Shown here one piece after another: positions 208,235 to 219,000 of a stretch of DNA of 248,000 bases. Numbering within the stretch: the stretch's first letter is position 1; each line of letters starts with the position of its first letter. Made by a program: the position numbers and the translations under genes. The notes beneath the pieces were generated by a model that was given only the letters and a program-made list of their open reading frames with translations, was not told the DNA's origin and ran no database searches. Origin of the DNA: Hyalangium minutum. Its GTDB lineage: Bacteria; Myxococcota; Myxococcia; Myxococcales; Myxococcaceae. The stretch spans positions 268,001 through 516,000 of the forward strand of contig NZ_JMCB01000002.1 in assembly GCF_000737315.1 (NCBI RefSeq), given 5' to 3'.

Positions 208235-209617
208235 ATGAAGAAGAACCCGAACACTCCCAACTCCGGGCGCCGCACGTTCCTCAAGGCGGCCGCTGGCTTC
208301 ATGGGTGCCACCCTCTTCGGGGGCATCCCCTTCCGCGCCTTTGCCCAGGCGACCAACCTGGCGCCGGCCGATCGCTGCTTCGTCTTCGCCTACTTCTCCG
208401 GCGGCTGGGATCAGCTCCTGGCCTTCGACCCGAAGGATCCGGCCGAGTTCACCCCGGAGCGCGTGTCCGAGACGCGCATCCTCCCGGGCTACAGCCTCAT
208501 CAACGACTCGCGCTACTCGGGGGTGCCCGTCATCCCCGAGAAGAACAACGTGCGCTCGAACATCGCGTTCGGGCCCGCGGTGGGCCGGCTGGCGGACCAC
208601 TTCGATTTGATGACCGTGGTGCGCGGCATCAACATGACGACGCTGGGCCACGAGGTGGGCTTCCGCTACTTCCTCACGGGCAAGCGTCCCATCGGCAGCG
208701 CGGCGCGCGGCTCGTCCACGGCGACGGAGATTGTGGGCCAGCTGCACCCGGCGGTGCCGATTCCGTCCGTGGCCTACAACATCGAGACGTACAACGACCG
208801 CTACCCTGGCTACGCCAACGCGCTGCGGGTGAGCCGCTCCACGGACCTGCTGCTGACGCTGTCGCCCAGCACCAAGCAGCTGGACAGTGAGCTGGAGCGG
208901 CAGCTGGTGGACTTCCGCGGGCAGCCCATCTCCTGCGAGGCGGCGGCCTACGGCACGCGCGGCGTGGGCGCCACGTACTCCAACAGCCAGGACCAGATGC
209001 AGACGGTGCTCTCCAGCCGGCTGGACAACTCGTTCCGGTTCGAGCTGGCGGAGAACGCCGAGGTGCGCCAGAAGTACGGCCTGGCGGCCGCGGGCCCCTA
209101 CGACAACGAGGCGGGCCGCGCGGCGCTGGTGGCCACGGCGCTCAAGAAGGGCATCAGCCAGTGCGTCTCCATCAACCTGGCGGGCGGCCTGGACACGCAC
209201 TTCGGCACGCAGCTGACGCACGCCAACAACCAGCGCCGCGGCTTCGACGCGCTGGCCATGCTGGTGGATGACTTGCGGGGCACGGCGCACCCGGCGGGCG
209301 GCAACTTCATGGACCACACCACCATCCTGGTGTTCTCCGAGTTCTCCCGCACGCCGCTCATCAACGCCAGCGGCGGCCGCGACCACCACATCAGCAACAG
209401 CTGCATGCTGATGGGCGCGGGCGTGAAGCACAACTACGTGTTCGGGGCGAGCGGTGACATCGGCATGGGGCCGGGCACGTTCGACCTGCGCAACGGCGCG
209501 GCGTCCGCCACCGGAGAGAACATCCTCCCCGAGCACATCATCGCCACCGTCCTCGCCTCTGCGAAGCTGGACTACAGCATCACCCGCGTGTCGCCCCTGC
209601 AGCCGATCCTGGCCTGA
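208235..209617 (+). CDS. DUF1501 family Tat-exported protein
   Basis: RRTFLK, GGWD, DTH, SEFSRTP, GRDH. Confidence 0.88.
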   Translation: MKKNPNTPNSGRRTFLKAAAGFMGATLFGGIPFRAFAQATNLAPADRCFVFAYFSGGWDQLLAFDPKDPAEFTPERVSETRILPGYSLINDSRYSGVPVIPEKNNVRSNIAFGPAVGRLADHFDLMTVVRGINMTTLGHEVGFRYFLTGKRPIGSAARGSSTATEIVGQLHPAVPIPSVAYNIETYNDRYPGYANALRVSRSTDLLLTLSPSTKQLDSELERQLVDFRGQPISCEAAAYGTRGVGATYSNSQDQMQTVLSSRLDNSFRFELAENAEVRQKYGLAAAGPYDNEAGRAALVATALKKGISQCVSINLAGGLDTHFGTQLTHANNQRRGFDALAMLVDDLRGTAHPAGGNFMDHTTILVFSEFSRTPLINASGGRDHHISNSCMLMGAGVKHNYVFGASGDIGMGPGTFDLRNGAASATGENILPEHIIATVLASAKLDYSITRVSPLQPILA

Positions 209618-209628
209618 AGTCACAGCCA

Positions 209629-211170
209629 ATGAAGACTCCTCTCCTGTGCGTCTGGGGGAAGGGTGGGACTGTTGCGCCCGCTCTTCTCCTCCTCCTGGCT
209701 GCCGCGTGCGGTGGCTCTTCTTCCTCTTCGCTGGAGCTGGAGCGCCCGCAGGCGACGGCCTTCCAGCCTACGCAGATCCGCTCGCCCATGGCGCTGGCCT
209801 CGGGCACGGGTTTCGCGGACCAGACGGGCGGAGGCGTCTTCATCTCCGCGGCGGGGAAGGCCGTGCGGCTGCGGCTGGACGGCACCCAGGCCCAGCTGGA
209901 AAGCCACCCGGGGAACACCGTGGCTCCTGGCACCGCGAGCGCGGCCTTCCGGATGGGGCCTCGCACCGCGCTGGTGGAGACGGCCACGGGCCTGTTCCTG
210001 GCCGACGCGGGCTGGCTGATCGCCCCGCCGTGGCGGGATGCACTCGGGCCGGGGACGAAGGCCACGGCGCAGGGCGCGGACGGAGCGGTGTGGCTGGCGC
210101 ATACTTCCGGCCTGTACCGGTTGGTGGACGGGCAGCTCTCCGCGCTCAAGGTGAGCGGTGCGGCGCTCGAGGGCATCACCCAGCTGGCGGTCGCTCCCGC
210201 AGAGGACGGAGCCCCCGGCGTGTGGATGCTGCGCAACGGGGCGCTGCATGTGGCCGTGGCCACGGCGCCCAACGTGTTCCAGGTGCGCCCGGCGGCCCTG
210301 GCGCTCGAGGAGAAGGAGACGCTGGTGTCCATCGCGTCGCTGCTTCCCGGCAAGGAGCAGAGCGCGGAGCTGTGGGTGCTCACCTCGGAGCGGCTGCTGC
210401 GGCACAAGGACAAGGCCTGGAAGCGCGTGGAGTTCGCGCAGCGGCCGGTGCAGCTGCTGGGCTCCGGGCGCTTCCTCTGGGTGAAGTCCAGCGATCAGCT
210501 GCTCTCGTATGACGCGGACGCAGGCAAGTGGGGCGTGGCCACGGGCGTGGACACCCGCGAGTTCCGCTTCCTGGCGGCCGATGAGAGTGGGTGCGCCTGG
210601 GCGCAGCTCGGCGCGGACTCGGTGGCGATCAGCCGCGCCCCGGCTCCCCGCGTGGTCGGGCTGAATCAGAGCGCGCGCGTGGTGGAGGATGGCCTCATCA
210701 TCCGCGCGGTGCCGCCCGCGGGCACCGACTCGCCGACGATTCTGTTCCGCATCGGCGGCACGGAGCAGGTGGTGGAGGCGCCCGAGTACAGCCTGGGTGG
210801 GCTGGAGAAGGACGGGTCGGCGCGGCCCTTCTCATTCGCGGCGCTGGAGCCGGGCGTGAACTCGCTCGAGGTGGTGGCGCGCTTGCTGGATGGCACGGAG
210901 GCCCGGCGCACGGTGCACTTCGACTTCCAGCCCCTCTCTCCCATCCAGGTGGGCTTCGAGAAGGACATCCGCCCCATCTACGAGTCCCGCTGCGCCAAGT
211001 GCCACGTCTCGGGTCCCGGCCGGCCGCTCTCCACGTATGAGCTGTGGAAGCAGAACGCCGATCTCATCTCCGCCGCGGTGCGCGACCAGCGCATGCCCGC
211101 CGACGGTCCCTTGGATCCCCAGCTGATCTCCCTCATCCAGCGGTGGGTTGCCGCTGGCACCCAGCCCTGA
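209629..211170 (+). CDS. Lipoprotein with C-terminal monoheme cytochrome c domain
   Basis: AAAC; CAKCH...MP...I.RWV..G. Confidence 0.7.
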   Translation: MKTPLLCVWGKGGTVAPALLLLLAAACGGSSSSSLELERPQATAFQPTQIRSPMALASGTGFADQTGGGVFISAAGKAVRLRLDGTQAQLESHPGNTVAPGTASAAFRMGPRTALVETATGLFLADAGWLIAPPWRDALGPGTKATAQGADGAVWLAHTSGLYRLVDGQLSALKVSGAALEGITQLAVAPAEDGAPGVWMLRNGALHVAVATAPNVFQVRPAALALEEKETLVSIASLLPGKEQSAELWVLTSERLLRHKDKAWKRVEFAQRPVQLLGSGRFLWVKSSDQLLSYDADAGKWGVATGVDTREFRFLAADESGCAWAQLGADSVAISRAPAPRVVGLNQSARVVEDGLIIRAVPPAGTDSPTILFRIGGTEQVVEAPEYSLGGLEKDGSARPFSFAALEPGVNSLEVVARLLDGTEARRTVHFDFQPLSPIQVGFEKDIRPIYESRCAKCHVSGPGRPLSTYELWKQNADLISAAVRDQRMPADGPLDPQLISLIQRWVAAGTQP

Positions 211171-211190
211171 GCTCACCTCCGAGGTTCTTC

Positions 211191-214100
211191 ATGAAGTCCC
211201 GACTGCTCGCTCGCGCGGCGTGTGCCTCCGCGCTCCTGGCCCTGGCTTGCGGTGAGGAGGCTGTACCTCCAACTCCCGAAGCGCCCGTGGTGAATCCCTG
211301 CGACGGGCTGCCGCCGATGACGCTGAAGGCCGAGCCCACCCGCCTCCGGGTGGCGGGCGCGGTGGACCTCACCGCCACGGGCGGCAGCGGCCACTACCGC
211401 TTCCGTGCCGAGGCGGGCGGCTCCTCCGGTGAGATGCGCGGGGACCGCTTCATCGCGGGAGCCACTCCGGGCACGGACACCCTGGTGGTGGAGGACATCC
211501 AGTGCTCCGGGTCCGCGCAGGCCACGGTGCAGGTGATCGCGGGCTTCGACGTGGGGCCGGCACGCGCCATGGTGCGCCCGGGCACCTCCTTCCAGGTGTT
211601 CACGCAGGGGATGCTTGGCAACCCGGACTTCACGCTGGTCTCCAGCTCCGCGGGCAGCACGCTCTCGCCCACGGGTGTGTACAGGGCGGGCCAGGGCTCG
211701 GGCGTGGACCTGCTGCGCGTGCGCGATGGGCAGACGGGCGATGAGGCGCTGCTCCAGTACGAGGTGAGCGCCAGCGCGCGGCTGCGCGGCGACCCGGTGG
211801 TCCTGGCGCTGCCGCCGGGCTCGTCCATTCCGCTGGCCACGGCGGGCGGCAGCGACCGGGTGTCGTGGACGAAGGTCTCCGGCCCGGGCACCCTCGAGGG
211901 GGGCCGCTTCAAGGCCGAGACCTCCGCCCGGGGGCTGGCCATCCTCGAGGCGACGGATCCCTTCACCAAGGACACGGCGCGCATCTCCGTGCGCGTGATG
212001 GACGAGCTGACGCGCCCCACGCAGCCGCACGGCCGCATCACGGACGTGGCCACCGTCGTCTCCGCGGACTTCGACGGGGATGGCATGCAGGACGTGGCGG
212101 TGGGGCAGCGTGAGAGCGATCTCAACCGGCCGCTCGGCGGCGCGGTGTTCATCTTCAAGGGCAGCTCCACCGGCTTCCCCCAGCAGCCCACGTGGGTGCT
212201 GACGGGGGCCACGGACACGGCGGCCTTCGGCGACACGCTGGCGGCGGGAGACTTGGACAAGGATGGGAAGGCGGAGCTGGCGGTGGGCTCTCCGGGCGCG
212301 GACATCACCGGCGCGGACTCGGGTGCGGTGTACCTCTACCGCTGGGGCGCCAATGGGCCGGAGTTGATGCGCCAGCCTCTCACGAGCGTGGCCCGCGGTG
212401 GCGCCTTCAGCACGGGCCTCGCCATGGCGGATGCGGATGGGGATGGGGACCTGGATCTGATCATCGGCGCGCCCGCGGGAGACCTGGCGCCCTCGTCCAC
212501 GGTGTCTCGCCGCGGCACGGTGGACATCTTCACGATTACGCCGGGCCAGCCCATTCCGGACCTGCCGGCCATCCGGCTCGGCGGCTCGGACCTGTCCAAG
212601 ACGAACACGCTCATGTCCCGCAGCAACACGGACCTGGGCCGCGCCATCGTGGCGGCGGACCTGAACGGGGACGGGCTGACGGACATCGCGGCGCTGAGCA
212701 AGGTGTCGCGCTACCTGGCGGACGGCACCACGCAGGCCACGGTGCTCGTGGCGGTGTCCGTGCACTTCGGGCGGAGCTCGGGGACGCGGTTCCGGGCCGC
212801 CGCGGACGTGTATGTGCTACCGATGAACTCGGCGGACGGCACCGAGGGCACCTGGCGCCTGGGCTTCGCCCCGAGCGAGGGGACCCGGCCTCCGCTGCTC
212901 ATGGCGGTGGCGGACCGCACGGACTCGCCGAATCTGAGCCCTGGTGGCAACCCGGGGGCCACGGACGCGGGCGGCGCGCTGTTGTTCGACCTGACGGCGT
213001 ACAAGCCCACGGGCGAGCCCTCGGACACGCCGGTGCAGGTGACGAAGGATGCGGCCTATGCCCGCATCTATGGTGAGGCTGCGGGCATCTTCGCGGGCCG
213101 CAGCTTCGCGGTGATGGACGTGGACGGGCAGTCCGGCTCGGAGCTGGTGCTCGGGGCGCCCAACGCGTCCGCGCCGTCGGGGTCGACCACGCTGCGCCTG
213201 GCAGGCCGGGTGCTGGCCTATCCGCTGGCGACGCTCACGGCGGGCAGCGTCATCAACAAGCCGCTGGCCGTCATCCACGGGCAGAGCAAGTCGGACGTGT
213301 TCGGCGTGGGCCTGGCCGCGTGGGGGAACTCGAGCGGTGGCGGCCTGTTGGCCTTCTCCGGGCGGTCCTCCTCCGAGGCGGGTGCCTTCACCGGACGGCT
213401 GGAGTTCTTCACGCGGGCGGGCGCCTCGTTCGCCGAGTGGACCCGCGGTATCGCGGTGGTGCCGGCGAAGCCCGCGGTGGAGCGCTTCGGCGAGGTGGTG
213501 GCGGCGACGACGGGCGTGGGCGGCCGGGCCGTGGCGCTCGTGGGCGCGCCGGGCGTCGCGGGCCCTGGCACGCAGGCGGACGGCAATGACTTCAACGTGG
213601 GTCGGGCCTTCACGTACGACCTGACGCAGGGCACGGTGGCCTCCATGGTGGCCGAGGGCGCGAGCGCGCCGGTGGTGAAGGGCCGCAGCGTGGGCACGGA
213701 CGTGACATTCACGGACTTCAATGGCGACGGGCGCCAGGATGTGGTGGTGGGCGCGCCATCCTTCACGGTGCCAGCCTCCAATGCGACGGCGGACCTGTCG
213801 GTGTATGCCGCCCAGAAGACGGGCTGTGTCACGACGGCCTCGCAGGGCGTGGGCGGGCTGCTGGTGTCGCTGGGGCAGGCGGACGGCTCCTTCAAGGATG
213901 CCTATCGGCTGTGGGCGCCGCTGGTGATTCCGGGCTGCACGCCGGACACGGACACGCGCTGCCGCCGCAGCCAGATTGGCCGCGGCGTGGTGGGTGAGTT
214001 CGACTTCAACGGCGATGGGCGTGATGACATCGGCGTGCTGCGCAACAACGGCTTCGAGGTGTTCCTCGGCCGCACGCCGGATGACGCCTCGCTGGCGAAG

Positions 214101-214904
214101 CTGACGATGGGGTGCGATCCGCTCTACTTCACGGACGGCTCCACGACGCGCCAGACGAGCGCCCCGGCGGTGCTGGGCGACCTGAACGGCGACGGCTGCG
214201 AAGAGGTGAGCTGGCGCTACACGGAGACGAACCGTTCGGGCGTCATCATCCTCTTCGGCTACGACGCGGGCGGTACGCGCTGCGGCGGCCGGACGGCGGC
214301 CTCGTGGGTGCGGCTGGCGGCGGATGGCGAGGTGGGTGGCAACGTGCTGGGTCTCGGCGTGGCGACAGCGCGGGCGGGCAAGTTCCTCAACGATGGGAAG
214401 GACCGCATCGCCATCAGCGCGACGTCCGTCCCCTTCGACGGGGTGACGCAGCCGGCGGTGCTGCTCTTCGACAAGGATCTGCTGGTGGGGCGCCGTCCGA
214501 CGGGGGCGGGTGAGGCGCTGGTGGGCGCGCTGGGCGATGGGGTCAACCCGGTGACGGTGGTGCACCGCACACGCGCGGTGAACTTCGGGCGTGCGCTGGC
214601 GGGAGGCCGGGACCTGAATGGCGACTCCATCCCGGATCTGATCGTCGGTGCTCCGGGAGCCTCGGAGTCCTCGGACGGTGGCGGCGCGGTGTTCCTCTAT
214701 GCGGGTGGCGCGCAGCCGACGGGCCGGCTGACGCCATGGCTGATCGCGGTGGGCGATGTGGCGGAGCGCTCCAACATCGGCCAGGACCTCTCGCTCACGC
214801 AGGGCGGGGCGAACAGCCCGCCGACGCTCGTCATCGGCGCGCCGACGAGCTATCGCACGGGGACACAGAACGGCACGGCCTTCTCGCTGCCGCTTTCGTT
214901 CTAA
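211191..214904 (+). CDS. FG-GAP/integrin-alpha-like repeat lipoprotein
   Basis: ALAC; repeated D.DGDG..D..VGAP. Confidence 0.85.
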   Translation: MKSRLLARAACASALLALACGEEAVPPTPEAPVVNPCDGLPPMTLKAEPTRLRVAGAVDLTATGGSGHYRFRAEAGGSSGEMRGDRFIAGATPGTDTLVVEDIQCSGSAQATVQVIAGFDVGPARAMVRPGTSFQVFTQGMLGNPDFTLVSSSAGSTLSPTGVYRAGQGSGVDLLRVRDGQTGDEALLQYEVSASARLRGDPVVLALPPGSSIPLATAGGSDRVSWTKVSGPGTLEGGRFKAETSARGLAILEATDPFTKDTARISVRVMDELTRPTQPHGRITDVATVVSADFDGDGMQDVAVGQRESDLNRPLGGAVFIFKGSSTGFPQQPTWVLTGATDTAAFGDTLAAGDLDKDGKAELAVGSPGADITGADSGAVYLYRWGANGPELMRQPLTSVARGGAFSTGLAMADADGDGDLDLIIGAPAGDLAPSSTVSRRGTVDIFTITPGQPIPDLPAIRLGGSDLSKTNTLMSRSNTDLGRAIVAADLNGDGLTDIAALSKVSRYLADGTTQATVLVAVSVHFGRSSGTRFRAAADVYVLPMNSADGTEGTWRLGFAPSEGTRPPLLMAVADRTDSPNLSPGGNPGATDAGGALLFDLTAYKPTGEPSDTPVQVTKDAAYARIYGEAAGIFAGRSFAVMDVDGQSGSELVLGAPNASAPSGSTTLRLAGRVLAYPLATLTAGSVINKPLAVIHGQSKSDVFGVGLAAWGNSSGGGLLAFSGRSSSEAGAFTGRLEFFTRAGASFAEWTRGIAVVPAKPAVERFGEVVAATTGVGGRAVALVGAPGVAGPGTQADGNDFNVGRAFTYDLTQGTVASMVAEGASAPVVKGRSVGTDVTFTDFNGDGRQDVVVGAPSFTVPASNATADLSVYAAQKTGCVTTASQGVGGLLVSLGQADGSFKDAYRLWAPLVIPGCTPDTDTRCRRSQIGRGVVGEFDFNGDGRDDIGVLRNNGFEVFLGRTPDDASLAKLTMGCDPLYFTDGSTTRQTSAPAVLGDLNGDGCEEVSWRYTETNRSGVIILFGYDAGGTRCGGRTAASWVRLAADGEVGGNVLGLGVATARAGKFLNDGKDRIAISATSVPFDGVTQPAVLLFDKDLLVGRRPTGAGEALVGALGDGVNPVTVVHRTRAVNFGRALAGGRDLNGDSIPDLIVGAPGASESSDGGGAVFLYAGGAQPTGRLTPWLIAVGDVAERSNIGQDLSLTQGGANSPPTLVIGAPTSYRTGTQNGTAFSLPLSF

Positions 214905-214932
214905 GCTGGCGCCCTCTTTTCAAGGGGGAGCC

Positions 214933-215940
214933 ATGTCGTTGTGGGGAGGACTGCGGGACCGGCTGTTTGGAAAACCTGGGAACTCCGCGCAGGTCAGCCG
215001 GTTCGACATCGAGCCTGGTCTCTCGGTGTTGTTCACCCGCCACCGCCTCTCCACGCAGCAGGGGCTCATCGATTGCTGTTCGTATGTGACGGAGGGGCTG
215101 GCGGAGCACCGGCAGAAGGAGATGGTGCTCACGCTGCGCGAGACGGCGGAAGTGAAGGAGGATGCTTTCCGTCAGCGGGTGTTCTCGGCCTTCTCCACGT
215201 TCAAGCATTTCGCCGCGCAGGGCCGGACGGTGGACGTGGGAGATGTCACGAGCTTCGGTGAGCGGCGGCCGTTCCCAGGCAGGCAGTTCCTCTACGCGGC
215301 GGCGAGTCCCATGCCCGGGGTTCCCGTGCCGCAGGGGGCGCTGGCGGTCATGCTCATCACCGACAAGGAACTGGAGATCTACATGCGCTGCGGGGCCGCA
215401 CGCGTCTTCGCCTCGCTCGGCAAGGCTTTGGGTTACTACCCGCATCCCTCCTGGTCGGATCTCCACCGCGCGGAGCTGCCAGCGTCCCTCCTCGAAGAGA
215501 GCCTGTTGCCCAAGGTCCCCAGTGTGCACATGTGGAGTGCGCGGGTCGTGCAGACGGAGGGAGACCTCGTCCTGCGTGTCGCACCGGGGAGTCATGAACA
215601 CTTTCGCAAGTTGTTCGAGCAACTGCCTGGCGAGACGCAGCCCTTCGCGTTCCTGACCGGCATGGATGCGGCCGCGAATGCGTGTCTCGTCTGGGAGAAA
215701 GGGCAGAGCGAGACCTCCGCCATCACCCCTCCTGGCAGCAGAGCGGAGCGGATCAGCGGATGCTTTCTCATGATCCTTCCCGGGGTGGAGCCGGAAGGCG
215801 TCAAACAACAAGAGGACGGCTACGTCTGGTGCCTCTCGGAAGCGTCCTTCCAGGCCTTGAAGCGTGCGCTGTGCGAAGAGCAGGCGCTGGCGCTGCTTGT
215901 GGAAGGTTGGCGGCTGAGGGTCGAGTGGCTGGCCCCTTGA
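214933..215940 (+). CDS. SUFU-like / SARA C-terminal-like protein
   Basis: YVTEGLAEHRQKEMV, YYP.P.WSD..R, ISGCF. Confidence 0.45.
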   Translation: MSLWGGLRDRLFGKPGNSAQVSRFDIEPGLSVLFTRHRLSTQQGLIDCCSYVTEGLAEHRQKEMVLTLRETAEVKEDAFRQRVFSAFSTFKHFAAQGRTVDVGDVTSFGERRPFPGRQFLYAAASPMPGVPVPQGALAVMLITDKELEIYMRCGAARVFASLGKALGYYPHPSWSDLHRAELPASLLEESLLPKVPSVHMWSARVVQTEGDLVLRVAPGSHEHFRKLFEQLPGETQPFAFLTGMDAAANACLVWEKGQSETSAITPPGSRAERISGCFLMILPGVEPEGVKQQEDGYVWCLSEASFQALKRALCEEQALALLVEGWRLRVEWLAP

Positions 215941-216437
215941 TGCCGATGGCCCCGAGGACAGCGCGCTTCTCCCTGCGGAAGTTCACGAGCGGGGACGTGG
216001 GCCTGTACCACCAGCTTACGGGGAACGTGCGGGTCATGCAGTTCGTCACGGGCCGCCCATTCACATGGGAGGAGACGGCGGAGAAGTTCGAGCGCATCCT
216101 GGCCAGGAGCGCCCAGCACGAGCACGAGGGCGTCTACGCCATCCACGACTCGGGCACGGACGAGTTCGTGGGGGCCGCCGCGCTGCTGCGAGAGCCCACC
216201 GGGCGGGTGGAACTCGGCTACAGGATCCTCGACACGCACTGGGGACGTGGAATCGCCACAGAGGTAGCCGCCGAGCTGCTGCGTTTCGGCCTCCACGTCC
216301 TACACGCGCCAGCGGTTGTCGCGTATGTGGACGCGGAGAACACCGCGTCCATCCGGGTGTTGGAGAAGATCGGCATGCGGCGCGTGGCCACGACCTCCGA
216401 GGGTGGCTGCACCGAGCACGAGTATCTGCTCGGGTAG
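215940..216437 (+). CDS. GNAT acetyltransferase (RimJ-like)
   Basis: ELGY, WGRG.ATE, N.AS..VLEK.G. Confidence 0.9.
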   Translation: MPMAPRTARFSLRKFTSGDVGLYHQLTGNVRVMQFVTGRPFTWEETAEKFERILARSAQHEHEGVYAIHDSGTDEFVGAAALLREPTGRVELGYRILDTHWGRGIATEVAAELLRFGLHVLHAPAVVAYVDAENTASIRVLEKIGMRRVATTSEGGCTEHEYLLG

Positions 216438-216712
216438 AGCGATGATCAGTTCCTGGCTGACAGGTCAGCGGTGGGAACGACCTGTGAGAAGAGAGGGCTG
216501 ACACGTCGAGCCACAGGTGCGCGGTTCCCCGCCCACCATGCCCAGCACCTGCGTAGGCCCTGGTTCGTCCCCGAGCGGCCGCCCAAGGCACGCCCCACAG
216601 CCCAGCGCGGAAAGCGCTGAGGCGCTGATTCCGGAGTCGAGACGCCGGGGGAGCGCTGGCTCCCCTGGCAGGAGAATGCCGGGCGAGCCGGAGGGCGTTA
216701 GGAGAGGCAGCC

Positions 216713-217087
216713 ATGCCCATCAAGACCAAGCGCTGGGTCGTGCCCGCGGAGCCGGATGACGGCCTGAGGGTGCTGATCTGCCGCTACCGGCCACGCGGTG
216801 TGACGAAGGCGAAGGAGACCTGGGACGTCTGGATGCGCGACCTGGCGCCCAGCCCCGAGCTCTTCGACGCCTTCTACGGCAAGGGCCAGACGCCCATCAC
216901 GTTGGATGCCTACCGCGAGCGCTACATGAGCGAGATGCAGGCCCAGCAGGAGAAGATCGCCGAGCTGGCCGCCCGTGTGGACCGGGGCGAGACGGTGACG
217001 CTGCTCTGCTCGAAGGACTGCATCCTGGAGCAGGTGTGCCACCGCACCCTTCTGGCCGAGCTCATCGAGGCTGCTCGGAAGCGCTGA
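216713..217087 (+). CDS. DUF488 family
   Basis: DG.RVL..R..PRG, LAPS.EL. Confidence 0.85.
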   Translation: MPIKTKRWVVPAEPDDGLRVLICRYRPRGVTKAKETWDVWMRDLAPSPELFDAFYGKGQTPITLDAYRERYMSEMQAQQEKIAELAARVDRGETVTLLCSKDCILEQVCHRTLLAELIEAARKR

Positions 217088-217119
217088 GAGGCGCACGCTC
217101 TCAAATGTAGAGTGCTCCC

Positions 217120-217875
217120 ATGACCTCGACCTCCACGCATCGCCGGAGCGCCCTGGGAACCTGGGTGCTCGTGTGTCTCCTCGCGGGGCCGCTCACGGCC
217201 TGGGCGCAGAAGAAGGACTCTTCCCGCGCGAAGTATCTCGCCGAGCTCTCGAAGTTGAAGCGCGCCAAAAAGGGTTCGGTCGAGCCTGTGTTCCATCTGG
217301 GCCTCGCCGCCGCCCAGGAACTGCAGGAGCAAATCATGGAGCGCGACGAGGCTCCCGCGGGTGACCCGAAGGCCAAAACACCCGTGAACACGAAGCTCGA
217401 GGGCTTCAATGTCAGCACCGGGGAGGCGCTCTACGCCGTGCCGCGGACTGCCTACTTCCTGGCGCTCGCCCGGAAGAAGGGCACGCCGGAGGACATCGCC
217501 TTCTTCGAGAACATCCAGCGCACCTTCCCGGAGCACGATGCGTGGCCGGCGTTCGTCGAGCAGCAGACGGACTACAGCGGTTGCACCCTCTACAACTCGC
217601 CGGAGCTCATCTCCGTTTACCGGGGCTGGTCTGAGTTCGCCGCGAAGTATCCCAAGGCCTACCCGGAAGAGGTGGCCAAAGAACTCGAACGCATCCACGA
217701 GGCGATGACCCAGGAGGAAGGCTGTGCCTGCGAGAAGGCCGAGGGCGTCACCGCCGGCTTCGAGGCCTTTCTCAAGGCCTTCCCGAAGGCTCCCATCGCC
217801 GACACGGTGAAGGCGCGCCTGGAGGCCTTGCGGGCAGGGAAGAGCGACATTCGCTTCGAGTGCCAGAGCGGCTGA
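217120..217875 (+). CDS. Exported hypothetical protein
   Basis: Signal peptide; Q.TDYSGC motif. Confidence 0.55.
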   Translation: MTSTSTHRRSALGTWVLVCLLAGPLTAWAQKKDSSRAKYLAELSKLKRAKKGSVEPVFHLGLAAAQELQEQIMERDEAPAGDPKAKTPVNTKLEGFNVSTGEALYAVPRTAYFLALARKKGTPEDIAFFENIQRTFPEHDAWPAFVEQQTDYSGCTLYNSPELISVYRGWSEFAAKYPKAYPEEVAKELERIHEAMTQEEGCACEKAEGVTAGFEAFLKAFPKAPIADTVKARLEALRAGKSDIRFECQSG

Positions 217876-217959
217876 GGACACACGAAACAACAGAGGCCGC
217901 AGCCCGGAGGTCCTTGAAGGGGGATAAGCACCTCCGAGCTGCGAGGCCTCCCGGGCGCC

Positions 217960-219000
217960 TTAGCGGCGGCCCGTTCCCGGCGCGCCGTGGTCCGGCAGTT
218001 CCACGGCGGTGCCGTCGAGCGTCGCGGTGCCGCAGTCCGGCCCGAACACCAGCGTGTGCGTCGTGCCGTCCGAGGTGGCACGCGTGAGGGTGCCAGCGGT
218101 CGGCCAGCGGCACACATTCCGCGGCGCGCGCACGATGTTCTCCAGCGTCACCGTGCCTGTGGTGCCGTCGAGGTACGCCTCGGTGTACGAGCCGTTCACC
218201 GTGCGCGTCGGCGGCGTGTCGCTGGAGAACTCCACCGTCATGGAGCCGGTCAGGTGCACCGAGCTCACCACCGAGCCCGACGCATCGGTGCGAGAGCGCG
218301 TGACATCGGCCTGGGTCGTCTTCGTCTGCGGCGGAGCCTCCCCGTTGAGCGTCGCGCTCGAGGAGGTGGTGCCCTGCACCGTCGACACGGAGCCATCCTC
218401 TCCCGTGCGGGAGAGCTGGAAGGTCACGCTCTGGTCCTGCTGCACCGTGGAGCAGTCCTCGGACGCCTTGTAGTCATAAGCGATGTCCACCGTGCCGCTG
218501 GAGGGACCGAAGCGCGGCCCGCCGCACGTCTTCAGGTCCCCGTCTCCCGGCGCTGGCGTCGTCGGCGTCGTGGTGGTGTCCATGCTCGAGACGGTGCCGG
218601 TGCTCGTGCCGCCCGTGCCGCCGGACGGAGGCTGACGTCCCCCGCCTCCGCCGTGGCCACCACCGCGCCCACCGCCCCCGGGCCTGCCAGGGGACTCGCA
218701 GTCGGTCCACTCGAGGTGAACCGTGGCGGGGAGGCTCTTGCCACAGACATCCACGTAGGTGATGTCCGGGCTGGCGTCACAGTGGAAGCCCTCCACCGCA
218801 TCCGGACGCAGCGTGTGCAGGCCGCGCATCAGGCTCGATACCTCGACCGCATCGCTCGAGTCCGAGGTGGCCTCCACCGTCTGAGACACCACCTCCGTGG
218901 TGTCCTCTTCCGAGCTGTTCCCCGTGCACCCGCTCGTCAGCGCCCCGGCGACGAGGGCGACGGCTCCCAGCCATGAGCTGCTCTTCTTCCAGTGCGTCAT
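217960..219000 (-). CDS. Ser/Thr/Gly-rich lipoprotein
   Basis: Lipobox TSGC; CRWP..G, F..DCG. Confidence 0.65.
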   Translation of the reverse strand: MTHWKKSSSWLGAVALVAGALTSGCTGNSSEEDTTEVVSQTVEATSDSSDAVEVSSLMRGLHTLRPDAVEGFHCDASPDITYVDVCGKSLPATVHLEWTDCESPGRPGGGGRGGGHGGGGGRQPPSGGTGGTSTGTVSSMDTTTTPTTPAPGDGDLKTCGGPRFGPSSGTVDIAYDYKASEDCSTVQQDQSVTFQLSRTGEDGSVSTVQGTTSSSATLNGEAPPQTKTTQADVTRSRTDASGSVVSSVHLTGSMTVEFSSDTPPTRTVNGSYTEAYLDGTTGTVTLENIVRAPRNVCRWPTAGTLTRATSDGTTHTLVFGPDCGTATLDGTAVELPDHGAPGTGRR

